NCBI GenBank assembly: GCA_000182565.2
Contig: KQ257457.1
DNA length: 64,000 nt
Strand: one strand, 5' to 3'
Source: Spizellomyces punctatus DAOM BR117
Lineage: Eukaryota
The notes beneath the pieces are model-generated. The model made no database searches and was not told the DNA's origin. It was given only the letters and a program-made list of their open reading frames with translations. Shown here piece by piece: positions 28,559-40,127 of this stretch; within the stretch, counting starts at the first letter, position 1; each line of letters starts with the position of its first letter. A program made the position numbers and the translations under genes.

Positions 28559-31500
28559 ATGCCTTTGCCTAATAGCATTCAAGGCACATATATGGTTCGA
28601 AGAAATTTAGAAGTCCTAGATAATTTCAAGTCCGGAAAAGTTAAAGCCAATTCTATCTATGGAGAGAGCCTACGGAATAAAGATGGTATAGTCACTATAC
28701 TCGATTTGGATAGTCAAACACCAAGTCTCTCCATTCAGAAAAATAAAGGTAAATATACCATCTCTCTTGCCGAGACAACTTATGTTTTTCCATTAATTAA
28801 TGATGAACATGATGTCAGGCTTGTAACAGACGATACTCTGCTTATAACAGAAGACGGCTTATCAGTTAAACCTGAGACACTCCTGCAACCTCTCTATAGG
28901 GCTGCCGACTCATGAACAGTAAGCCTAAACATTGATGATGATGAACTAAAAGTGGAGGATGAAAAATTAACAGTCATACCTTATAACTATGATTTTCCAC
29001 TCTACAGGGATGCCGAATCACGTATGGTTGGTTTACAAGCAGATGATAGTTTGCTTATAACTGAAAACAGTCTATCGGTTAATTTTCCTGATCCTGAGAT
29101 GCTGAAAAAGCCGTTGTATCATGACCAGAGCAGCCTTGGAATCAAACTTCATAAAAGTCTAAAGGTGAACAATAATGATGAATTGGAAACTAACATTCAG
29201 TCGGTACTAAAAGCATTTGGCGCTCTGAAATCGAGTTCAGGTGCAGATACGCTGTTAGACATCGGGTCTTCATGGCTCGACTTTGGATTTGATAGTTTGA
29301 CCGAAATGACTGATGTGTTAGGAGAAGTAGACACCACAGCCATTCGCCTAATGGTAGATAGTTCCACATTCAGCCAAGCAGGTTCGAGATTGTCCCTGAA
29401 ATCACCCGGATATGAACAAATCATGTATGGGAACCTTACTTATGGCTACTCGGGAAGTTCTTCATTCACCTATACGTCCACGCTTCAGGAGTTGCGTGTA
29501 CCCAATGTAAAGTTAAGCGGAACATTGCCTGCGATTGGAGGTGGCTCATATGCTGTAAGTAAAGACTATCTTTCGCAATTTTATCAAGGCTCTCAAACTG
29601 GAGCGATTGCAGTGGGACCCGAGTTTAGTGGAAGATGTGAAATCGGTGTGCTTGTGGATAATCAAACTATTAGAATTGTTGGAAATGCACTCACAGGTGG
29701 GTACATTTTTCAGGACTTTAATGGAGTGGCGGTTCGTCCTGGCACTACAAACGATATTATGCTGTCTCTCAAATGTGAGGCTGGCAGTTGTCTCCAAATG
29801 GTCAAAGCAGATACCATTAAAGACGTACTGACTTGCAGCAATGGTATCGAGAGAGTACAGAATGACCTTCAACTCGATCTAAAAGTTGATGCTAACAGCG
29901 GTTTGGCTATGGTCAACAGGGGTACCATATGGGATACCTTTACAGCCTCCCAAGGGGTAACCAGGATGGGGAATGACTTCAGACTGAGTTTAACAGCACA
30001 GTCACCCGATCTTACTCTAAACAATGGTGTTCTGAGTTCAAACATCGCTGCGGGAATTGGACTGCAAAAAAATGGTGCGATTTTGTCAATGAACCTAAGA
30101 GGTATCAATGGCGTGCAAGTTTCGGGAGATTTGATTTCATGTTCTCTTACAGGAAGCGATACAGTTCTTCGAGTGGGAGATACTCTGAAAGGCAATTACA
30201 TTGGCTCGACCAATTCATATGGAAGTGTGGTCATTCTGGGTAATACCATTCAGTATAACATGATTCTGCCACAATTCGTAAGTAACAGTCCAAACTTGAT
30301 TATCACAGGAAGTTACCCTCTCTACAACTTTACTCCAATCGACCCTACACCTTTATCGAAGCAAAAAGACACGGATACCACTGAACAGAGTGATACGGCT
30401 GAAATCTTGAAAACTGATGTCCCAGGTGGTAACGTAATTGTTTTGTCCGGAGTGACTCCGTTGACCACAATTCCGTTTCCTGCAATGGTTAACCCTCCTC
30501 TTACAGTTCCCATGGCTGTCAATTCAATTCTTCCTATTACAAGTACATTGCCATGGGCTATGATTTTCGGAGGGTCACGCAAACGTAAGGTTCAATGAGA
30601 TGCGGAAGGCCAACCTATACTCAATGGCGATGGAAACCCCGTTTATGAACCAATAGACCCTGTTACCTTCATGCCACCACTTGAACCTGGGAGCAGTGTC
30701 GCAATTGCTTCTGATCCAATAGGAGGTTGTACTCGTCTCTTGTTTGATATGCCTTCATGTTATCGAGGCATCAAATACGAATACCCCCAAGCCGCAATCA
30801 ACCTCTCGATGTTAAGGGATTATGATACCGAGGTTATTAAGCCTTGGGTGGGAGGCCAAATAACTAATTTGACTTTGAATAATGTGACATTCAGAGGCAA
30901 TATCTCGGGTAAAGTAATAACAGGCTCACGTCTGCAATCAGCAGCCTCTGTAGCAGGAGGCTCGTCTGTCTTTATTTCGAACAGTTTTGACAGAACAAAA
31001 TCGTCTTGGCTGGGTCTTGATGGCACGGGCTTTTTAGGATATGCTAGTGACACTGCTACTTGGCTGGGCGCACAAGACAAGCCGATTTACATTTACGGAC
31101 GGACATCTAGTGCAGTATCTCTGGGTCTAAGAGTGGATACAAATGGTTCATGCCTTGTTGGTAGTGACCTAACTGTCGGAGCCTCTTCTGTAAATGGTTT
31201 ATGTTCTCTTACCATAAGCAATTCAAGTACAGGGATGAACGGATGCAGTATTCTTTATCTTATGGCCTCAGGAGGTTCTGGAGTGATGTTTTTGAACGGA
31301 AACAACCGGAGTGTGGACGGAGGCCAAGGTGCGATGACGTTGAGAAACGATATTGGTAACCTTCGGCTTCAAGCACAGACCGCTAGAGGACTGACAATAC
31401 AGGCAAACACTGGAATCGTTACGCTGGATGCTACAAATGATGCATCCTCTACAACAACAGGTGCATTACAAATTCCCGGTGGATTAGGAGTGCAAGGCAC

Positions 31501-34500
31501 AGTGTACATGGGAAAGTATGCTATTATATCTACTACAGCGGCTGCCACCTTTCAAATAAACAATGCATCATTCGGATATACAGCAACAGCAGGTCAATGG
31601 GTAACAAATTCAGTTGCTGGAGACTACATCATTCGAGCCTCTGCTAGTAATTTGCATATCGGTACAAATAATGCAACGGCTTCGAATTTGGATATTCTCT
31701 CATCTGGGAATGTTATTATCAATATGACAACTGATGCTACTTCCTCAACATCCGGCACGTTCCAGGTGAAAGGCGGTGTAGGCATTGCTAAATCACTGTA
31801 CGTTGGAGGGGATGTATACACAAACGGAGTGAAAGTAGCCACGGAATCCTTTGTAACAACAGGATATCAGCCCCTGATTACACCTGCGAGTTCGCTTAAC
31901 CTGAGCAGTTTAACGGTACAAAATTCAAACACCAATGCTTCAGCAATCACACTAGGAAACACTAGTGCTGCACAGACATGGAATATCCATGTGGCTGGTT
32001 CTGCAAACTCAAATCTGCTAACTGGAACACTCAGTTTCTACTCTTCCCTTCAAGATAAGGGGTATGTTTTCCGAATTGACCCATCAGGTAATATGGTCAT
32101 GAGTGGTGGCCTAGGAGTATCAACTGATGCATATATTGGTGGAATGGCTTACATCGGAGGTATTGAAGTCACAACTCAGAAATTTGTAATTGATAACACC
32201 GCTCCAATAAGTCAATCCTTGTCTTCATTGACAACCACAGTTAATAATAACAATAATACCATTACTACTGCACTCGCATCGAAGCAACCAATGAACAGTG
32301 CTACCAACTCCATCTATAGTATGATGGTACAACCTGATAGTTGGCTATATTCTTCTGCTGGAACTACATTCAAGAATGTTACTTCCACTCAAGTGAAAGG
32401 CATCCTCGATATAGCAACCAACGCTAACGTGAATACACTCCTTTCTGGTAAACAGAACAACATAACTACATCAACTAATTTGAGTCTTGCCTCAGTTACG
32501 GCTAGTGGTTATGTAACAGTAATTAATGGTGCCAATCCAACATATATGTCCCTGGTCAACACTTCGTCAAATATCACTTGGGGTCTTCGAGTAGCAGGTT
32601 CAACAGCCGATGGCTCTAACCCTGCAGGTGGGTTCGGAATCAACTGTTCATACAACAACATTGGCTATGTGTTCAAGATTTCTAATACCAGTATTACACA
32701 GATAACAAATACCTCACAATCGACTAGTTCGACTACAGGAGCACTTCTAGTAAGTGGGGGTTTAGGTGTTGCAAAGGACTTATATGCGGGAGGAAATGTG
32801 ATTAGTAACACCTCTGTGGATGCTCCAAACTGGGTTCAATCTAGAAACGTTTCATCTGGCGTTAATGCCTATTCAGCCGTTGGTTGTGCCAATGATAGCG
32901 GAAATGGAGCCTTACTCTTTCTCAACTCTTCTACAAGGACTACAGACAGCTCATTGAATAATGCTACTCTTCGTAACGATTGTGGAGACATGAACATCCA
33001 AGGGAAATCTGGTCTAGGATTAGGTCTACGGATTGTATCCATTTCGAATGAAGTTAAGGTGTTGACTGCTACAGACTCCTCGTCTGCAACAACAGGGGCT
33101 TTACAGGTATCTGGGGGTGTTGGAATTGTGAAGACTCTGTGGGTTGGTAATAAGGTAACCAGTGGAAAAGGGACTGGCTATGGTTTTGGATGGGGTAGCA
33201 TCGGTGGAAATGTCAATACTGGTGACATGACATTCTTCTCCCCATCTTCGAATGGCCAAGCCTTCTTCAATGATCAGATTAACAATGTCTGCCTGCAGGC
33301 ATGGAATACTAACCTGAGATTTGGTGTTACAAATAGTTCATCTCAACTAGATATTCTCTCATCTGGGAATGTTGTTATCAATACAACCACAGATGCTTCA
33401 TCCTCAATCACAGGTGCATTCCAAGTAAGGGGAGGTGTTGGAATATCTAAGAATCTCTACTGTGGAGGGAGTCTGTACTCCAATAATCTGAAAGTTGCAA
33501 CCGAGAGTTATGTAGGGACAGCCATTGCTTCAAAACAGACATCGAGTCCGCTCCTAGATTCCATTAGTGGAGTCACACTATCTGCAAATTCTTTCATTTT
33601 AGGGAGTTCTGCAATGACATTCGCGGTGAAAACTCCTGAAGAGGTGAAGACAATATTAGGCATTACAAATGTCGACCTCTCAGGGAAGCAAAATGCATCA
33701 CCCTTACTCTCTACTCTCGCTGCTATGAGTCCAATGTCTAACATGTTTCTTATGGGGGATGATGTAACGGGGTTTTCCCTTGTGAATGATATTTCCATTC
33801 GAAGTATTTTAAACATTGTCGACTATGCCCCCAGCATATCAGCACTNNNNNNNNNNNNNNNNNNNNNNNNNNNNNNNNNNNNNNNNNNNNNNNNNNNNNN
33901 NNNNNNNNNNNNNNNNNNNNNNNNNNNNNNNNNNNNNNNNNNNNNNNNNNNNNNNNNNNNNNNNNNNNNNNNNNNNNNNNNNNNNNNNNNNNNNNNNNNN
34001 NNNNNNNNNNNNNNNNNNNNNNNNNNNNNNNNNNNNNNNNNNNNNNNNNNNNNNNNNNNNNNNNNNNNNNNNNNNNNNNNNNNNNNNNNNNNNNNNNNNN
34101 NNNNNNNNNNNNNNNNNNNNNNNNNNNNNNNNNNNNNNNNNNNNNNNNNNNNNNNNNNNNNNNNNNNNNNNNNNNNNNNNNNNNNNNNNNNNNNNNNNNN
34201 NNNNNNNNNNNNNNNNNNNNNNNNNNNNNNNNNNNNNNNNNNNNNNNNNNNNNNNNNNNNNNNNNNNNNNNNNNNNNNNTCCTTAAAACGTCGACTCTGG
34301 TAGCAATAGTTGTGCCATCCAATACTTCCAGAATGCAGCAGGTTCTGCTGTTATGTTTTTGAACGGAAACAATAGGAGTGTGGACGGAGGCGCCTCGATG
34401 TTTATGGTGAGGAATGATGCAGGTTCAGTGCGACTGCAAGCACAGGGAGCAAAGGGTATTACTATCACATTGTCGACAGGAAATGTTGTCGTTGAAAGCA

Positions 34501-35027
34501 CCACTCCAGCTTTATCGAGTACAACTGGTGCTCTGGTTGTCAATGGAGGAGTTGCGGTTAATGCACATGTTGTTGCAGGAGGGAATCTGTATTCGAACGG
34601 TGCTGTCTATAGCAATGGTCAGGTTTGTGCTACTCAACCATGGGTTGCCAGTCAAACATTTCTAAGAAATGTTCAAGTTATCAAACTTTTGACTAAAGAC
34701 ATGTGGCAATCCAACAATGCCTCAAAGGTCTTCTATGTTTCGACACCTGGCAAGGTACTTATGGAGTGGACGCTCAACCTCCATGGCACAGCAAACTCAA
34801 ATGGTACATTGTCAATATTTCTCGGCCAAAGCGCTGGGTCGATGCCTCTCATGTACTCGAGCGACTTTAACTTTAATTCGGGAGTCAATCGTACAATCAC
34901 AGCAGCCTTCGTTGTTACAGGGATGGCCGATAACATTGCTTACTTCACAAATTTTAGTATCAGTCAGGCTGCTCCTGATAACACAACTGATGTTACACTC
35001 ATCAAAATAACTGAACTCGGACAATAG
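28559..35027 (+). pseudogene. Giant (~2100 aa) fibre/spike-like protein, element B
   Basis: In-frame ORFs separated by TGA at 28913 and 30596 (the latter is CGA in the A copy). Shaft-like repeats and repeated S.TTGA(L/F).V.GG.G modules; N gap 33847-34279. Confidence 0.75.
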
Positions 35028-35072
35028 ATTACACGCACTGCCATCATTTAAAAAAGAAGCTATGCAAGATAA

Positions 35073-35381
35073 ATGCGACGCGCGGATATTGAAGGTCATT
35101 CAGTATTGAACATCAAGGACGCTGTGAAGGGTGATAGGGATAAATTTTGGAAATTTTGTGAAAGTATGTTAAGAGGGAACAAGAGCAGGGTAATTCTCTA
35201 TCTACCCCAAACACCTGAAAATGTACATATCTTTCAAGAGATTCTCTCCATCGTCCACTTGAAGAAACTCGACCAATTGTGCTTCAAGCGCAGTGGCTAT
35301 CTCGCTATTCTCAATGATTGTGTATTGTTGGGTCATTCGAGAAACAAACAGCTGTTTTTTTTAGAGATGAGAGTCAAATAG
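35073..35381 (+). CDS. Hypothetical viral protein
   Basis: 102-aa ORF, abutting the next ORF. Confidence 0.5.
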   Translation: MRRADIEGHSVLNIKDAVKGDRDKFWKFCESMLRGNKSRVILYLPQTPENVHIFQEILSIVHLKKLDQLCFKRSGYLAILNDCVLLGHSRNKQLFFLEMRVK

Positions 35382-35382
35382 A

Positions 35383-35778
35383 ATGCATTTCATATCCGTA
35401 TGGTCTACCAAAGATGACTTTATAACCATGTTTGATGACCTACATCAAGGATCATTCAAAAACATGATCAAAGACTTCTCTGATATTCTACAAACAAAGC
35501 AATTCTCACTGTCATTTCAAGACCCTACATTATCTGATACAAACCATAATGGCTTCATAAATTATTCATCTATAGCATTTTTCAGAAATCGAAAGCATCT
35601 TATCACCATAAACCTGAAAACCCTAATGCCTGTCATCAAGGATCCTACGCTAGATAAAAGGGCGATCTGCAAATGCATATTGCAGCATCAGGAAACTCTA
35701 TTGGATATGGATGACCACATTATGAATGTGGGGAAAGAATATGCTCAGTTGAAGAATATTGCTTCTAAAGGTACTTAA
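35383..35778 (+). CDS. Hypothetical viral protein
   Basis: 131-aa ORF. Confidence 0.5.
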   Translation: MHFISVWSTKDDFITMFDDLHQGSFKNMIKDFSDILQTKQFSLSFQDPTLSDTNHNGFINYSSIAFFRNRKHLITINLKTLMPVIKDPTLDKRAICKCILQHQETLLDMDDHIMNVGKEYAQLKNIASKGT

Positions 35779-35816
35779 AACGCATGCTGAATAATCTTCC
35801 ACTCATTATAATAAAA

Positions 35817-36206
35817 ATGCGTGTTTCGATGCGTTGCGATACTTGTACAGGCTTTAGAGAATATCAACTCTGCATATGTCTGAAATGCGCTGTGTATTCC
35901 TGCTATGAATGTTTGGATAAACTAAAAAACTATTCGCATGGTCGAAATCATGCTATCGTTCATCATGATTGTCAACAGTACATATCTACCGCTTTCGCCG
36001 CTCGCTGTGCCAGCATGCATGAAGAAAGAAAACGAAATCCCAGGGCTACATGTAAAAAAGTAGCATCAAAAGCGGCGGAAGATGCCGGCGCAGATGTAGT
36101 CCATTTGAAGAATGGACATGAGGATGCCGGCAGGCATGCCGGGCGTGGAGCGGCCAATCCTGGCTGGTATGCCTCAAAGGTAATGTTGAGATGGGATGAG
36201 TTCTGA
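35817..36206 (+). CDS. Cys/His-rich Zn-finger-like protein ending inside the right TIR
   Basis: CDTC-x9-CLKC-x4-CYEC...H..H. Confidence 0.55.
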   Translation: MRVSMRCDTCTGFREYQLCICLKCAVYSCYECLDKLKNYSHGRNHAIVHHDCQQYISTAFAARCASMHEERKRNPRATCKKVASKAAEDAGADVVHLKNGHEDAGRHAGRGAANPGWYASKVMLRWDEF

Positions 36207-36459
36207 TGCCTGAGTTGCCTACATCTTCTGTGGATTTTTGTGTAAACAAGGAAACCAATGTTGCCATTTAAACATGTGGATATTTCTATTCTTTTTGCAA
36301 TCTTGCTAGGAAAATGGGGACAATTCTCATCCCTACATGTCTCTACATAATTTTTTACTTTCCATAAGCTTCCAATTTTTACCATTGGTTTTATCCTGTG
36401 GCACTTTTTCCCTGGGAATATTTTTGATGAAATTGTCTCAAAGTGCCTCACTTTGTAGT
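36073..36459 (-). repeat. Right terminal inverted repeat of element B
   Basis: Reverse complement of 15079-15465. Confidence 0.95.
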
Positions 36460-36940
36460 CTCCTGGCCTCCAAAGACACCACCAGCTGTTCATAACTCTC
36501 TGGTAGGCTGTAGAGTAGGGTGATGACTTGGTCTTCTTCACTGACTGGCGCCCCAATGGCCTCCAACTGCTGAGCCATTGTCCTGACTGTGTTTATGTGT
36601 CCCAACATGCCCCCAGTGCCGTCTTCCATCTTCAGAGTGAGAAATTTCCTCCTTAGATAGAGCCTACTGGCAATTCCCTTCCTTTGGTGGATGTCACTGA
36701 GCTTTAACCAGGCCTCTTTTGCAGTTACAGCGGTCTGTACATGCATGAGTGACAGAGCAATTACAGCCATTGCCCGCTCATCCCTTCTCCTCCAATCCTT
36801 CTCAGAGGTTCCCTCCATGCTGTCATCCCCCTCAATCACACCCCACAGACCTCTTTCCTTCAGCAACATCATCATTTTGAACTTCCAGAGGTGGTAGTTC
36901 ACGCCATTGAACTTTTCCATCATGTATTTGGTGTCCAAGT
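36460..36940 (-). pseudogene. Ty1/Copia gag N-terminal part
   Basis: EKFNGVNYHLWKFKM..LL...GLW, TAKEAWLKL, LLYSLPESYEQLVVSL; continues in frame at 15072. Confidence 0.92.
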
Positions 36941-37542
36941 TGTAATGACGAGGACGTCTTCGAGAGATCGCGAGTAAGCCCAAATCGGACGCGGGAAGCA
37001 TGAATCGCGTGACCAACTCCACCGATTGGGTTACCGCGACCGAAAAAACCGGTTCGGAGAATGGCAATTGGCGCATTAGATTTCAGCGTGCCTCGTACAA
37101 CCTGTGGAGGCCCGAGCCAGTGCGGAAAAGGAAGAGATCGGTACCGCCACCAATAAATCAGTTGCGGTGCAGCGACACCCATTAGTTTAGTTTAGTTTAA
37201 CAGTTTATCCAAGAATCTTGTATAAAAAGGATGTATTCAATAAAATAAGTCGGGGGCAGAAGCCGTAGCGACACTAAATCCCCATAACTCGCTTCTCAAC
37301 TCCAATCTTAGGTAAACAGGAACCTAACAGAGCGCTTCAACGGCCTGATCACCCGTACCGAAGCCTCTAAATCCTGCTCGGTTCACAACTAACGGACTTC
37401 TCCTTGCCTCTTCGCCCCCAAGTCGCTACCGACGCCCAAAGAAAGGATTCGGAGACTATGATTCCTAGTACGGCCACCCACATAACCTGCTAGGAGACCC
37501 AAGTCGTCTTTACCGTAGTCTACCAACAAAAAATCCGCTACA
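36941..37542. mobile_element. Solo LTR (~600 bp) of another retroelement family
   Basis: TGTAATG...CGCTACA termini, AATAAA signals, second copy at 23182-23331. Flanks do not match (CAAGT vs CTCAG). Confidence 0.7.
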
Positions 37543-37825
37543 CTCAGCCGTGCTCAGCAATGCTCAGCAGCTTCAGCCATGCCTTGGCAAACATTACCTG
37601 AAGATCTAGATTGTCACAAACCTTCCAGACCTTCTAAGAGTGCTTACATGATGATTTACCCCTTTAAATCATTCCCACATGCGTCTGTGATCATTCTGAT
37701 TACTCTAAGTCCAATTCCCCACATTGTAACTTAGCCAAATCAGATGTGAACTGTCTAATGACATCCCAGCATGATCTCACATGATTTATAGCTCATACAG
37801 CGTGGTTTAAGCCTGAATCTCAACA
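37543..37825 (-). mobile_element. Probable remnant of the Copia 5' LTR
   Basis: Minus strand begins TGTTGAGA at 37825, upstream of gag; CpG-poor. Confidence 0.45.
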
Positions 37826-38160
37826 CTTCACTGTGGTGGTACACTGAACAAGTGGGAGCTTTGCAGATACTCACATGTGGATTTATGTGGCAACTTGGAT
37901 ACTAGACAGGGTTCTTAGTCAAGATTGGCAGCAGCACAGTCAACTGGCAGAGCAACCTGACACATAATGCAAGGACAACATGCACTAATATATGGCACCA
38001 TAATATCAAGCAAGATGCAAACACAAGAGCATTGCTCCAAATAAATGAGATGACAGCAGACATTCTCACTGAGATATTACCCAAAGTCAAAGACCTTACA
38101 GTTTGTGGCATTATGAGGGTCTCTGCTCTTGCACTGGTCATTCACTGAGTGGGAATATCA
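37826..38160 (+). pseudogene. Degenerate Copia RNase H end plus PPT-like tract
   Basis: HNARTTCTNIWHHNIK and NEMTADILTEILPK resemble H.RTKHIDIRHH and MxADILTK.LP; followed by CTGAGTGGGA. Confidence 0.55.
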
Positions 38161-39950
38161 GGACTCAAGCTTGAAAACTTGGTGCATCAAAGTCCTGCTG
38201 ACACTTCTGTGTTGAGGTTACGGTTAGAGCACTGTGAGATGTAGAAAAATTAGAAATACTGGCACTTGGTAGTTTGCTAAAGTTGCAGAGATTGGTAAAT
38301 AGATTACCAAGAGCTGTGGATATATTAGTAAGGGATTGTTTCAGGCTCATTGTTAGGAGAAGTGGATCAAGTCCTGAGATTAGGATCCTGAAACAGGTGT
38401 TGGATGGAGAACTAGATCAGGGCACTAGAATCAGGACCCAGATCAACAGAACTCAATCAGAGAGCAGGGTCAGGAACCAAGATTGGGTAACAATCTTCAG
38501 ATCTGGATGTGGGAACACATCAAGGGAACCATACTGATAAGCACCATTATAAAATAAAGTAATTATAAAAGAAGTATGTATCAATGCCCCAGAATAAGAG
38601 GTAAGTGTTCAGTGCATACATTACCCCAAACCCCATGGTTATCACCTAACTTGTCCATTTTATTCTGCCAGTCAGAACTCTTTTCTTATTATTACATCAG
38701 TTTCCTAGCACAATTTTCAGTAGCCAGGGGACTTTTTTATGCCCCAGGTATATCCACAAGTGTTATCCATCAAGTTTCAGTACCAAAAAAGGCAACCATG
38801 GTCCACAGCCATTCTAGCCCTCTCAGATATGATTTGTACATATGAAATCAATGTTCCAAGTGCTAAGTCTAATATTTATGGACTTCTCTACTATCTCTAG
38901 CATTGGTAGCCAATGAAAAAGCTTCTATAATGCAGTACTAACCCACAATGCATCCTCCTTACCTTTGCACCAAAATTCGCTAATCTTAGTTAGTAAAGGA
39001 GATTTCTATTTTAGAATATATAGTATCTTATATACAGTTTCAGGAGCCTTGTCTTGCCTACTTTTGGACAAATTGAGTGTGAAATATATTATTTTACTAA
39101 CATTTGTTGCAAATATAAGTGCCTGCTATTTTAAAAGTAATATACTTTGTACTGAAATTCTCAAAGCTCAAAGTACTGCACTTTACCACTATTAGCTAAC
39201 TAGCAAACTAGAGACAAAGCAGCTAATAGAAGAATTCAGTTACAAGATACCTAATCAATTAATCTGATTTTTTAAAAAAACTAGTAGCTATGTTAGTATC
39301 TTGTTCAGTGCTATATCTTCCTACAATAAGTAGTTTTATTAAAATTGTACTAAGATATTTATTTAAATAATAAGTATTAAGCTCTAATATATGCAATAAA
39401 GTAGGCTGGTCAGGTAAAAACTATAGAGTTTGGAGTATACTTTTAGTTGGTACCAATTTTTCTATTCTGGGCCACTAGTACACATTATTTTTATAACTAC
39501 TCTACTCAGTAACTGTGGATCTAATTCCAAGTTTAAATACCAGTTTAGGTTCCTGACCCAATACCCCATTCAATTCTCCTAACAGCTAGCCTGAAACAAA
39601 TCCTTACTAAGATATTGATAACTTGGGATAATCTGCTTACAATATCTATATACTTTCATAAGCCTACCAGGTATACCAGTATTTCTAATTAATCCAAGTA
39701 ACCCCAATGTTGCAGTTGTCTGACTCCAACCCTACCTGGTGTAAATGCACTGAGATGTACCAAACTTTCTGTCAGAGCATTAAGCTTGATATCAATATTT
39801 TTTTTCCCTGGTTGGTATGGAAAGGAAGCCTGTTGTTGCCACCACATCTTGAGCAGACTGGCAACCACACTACTCTGATCAGTTTGGGAGCTCAAATACG
39901 AAAGTCCTAGTTGACTATTGCCAAATATACCATAAGTTGCTGGGATTTGG
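38160..39950. other. AT-rich, CpG-free decayed repeat DNA
   Basis: Essentially no CG dinucleotides and no credible ORFs. Confidence 0.6.
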
Positions 39951-40127
39951 AGTCGCTTAGAGGTAGTCAGATCCTCTTCATCTGCCAGGATTCCGCGCCG
40001 CTTTGTTGGATCCACTCAATGAAAGGAACATTCGAACCAGATCAAAAAGCTTTAATCCTGCTGGAAGGCAGTTGCTGATCGATGCTCATCGGTCATACCT
40101 TGGACGTCAGGGAGGAATATTTACGGC

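Larger units (their letters stand above)
15079..36459. mobile_element. Element B: complete Polinton/Maverick-like endogenous virus, 21.4 kb
   Basis: 387-bp TIRs, CTCCTG duplicated at 15073-15078 and 36460-36465, and RVE integrase + pPolB + MCP + mCP + ATPase. Removing it restores the Copia gag frame (VSLEAR|SDSLTL). Confidence 0.95.

Noticed and set aside
30555-30600. Adenain cleavage site IFGG in both fibres
   Set aside because: Matches (M/I/L)xGG, but no adenain gene is seen and GG is common in this protein
1-35027. Inverted fibre copies as giant TIRs of one element
   Set aside because: B has its own TIRs and TSD, and the fibre copies are substantially diverged
36438-37076. 212-aa ORF as a single gene, with a paralog at 23196-23429
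   Set aside because: Chimera of LTR sequence, Copia gag and TIR; the shared N-terminus is just the LTR
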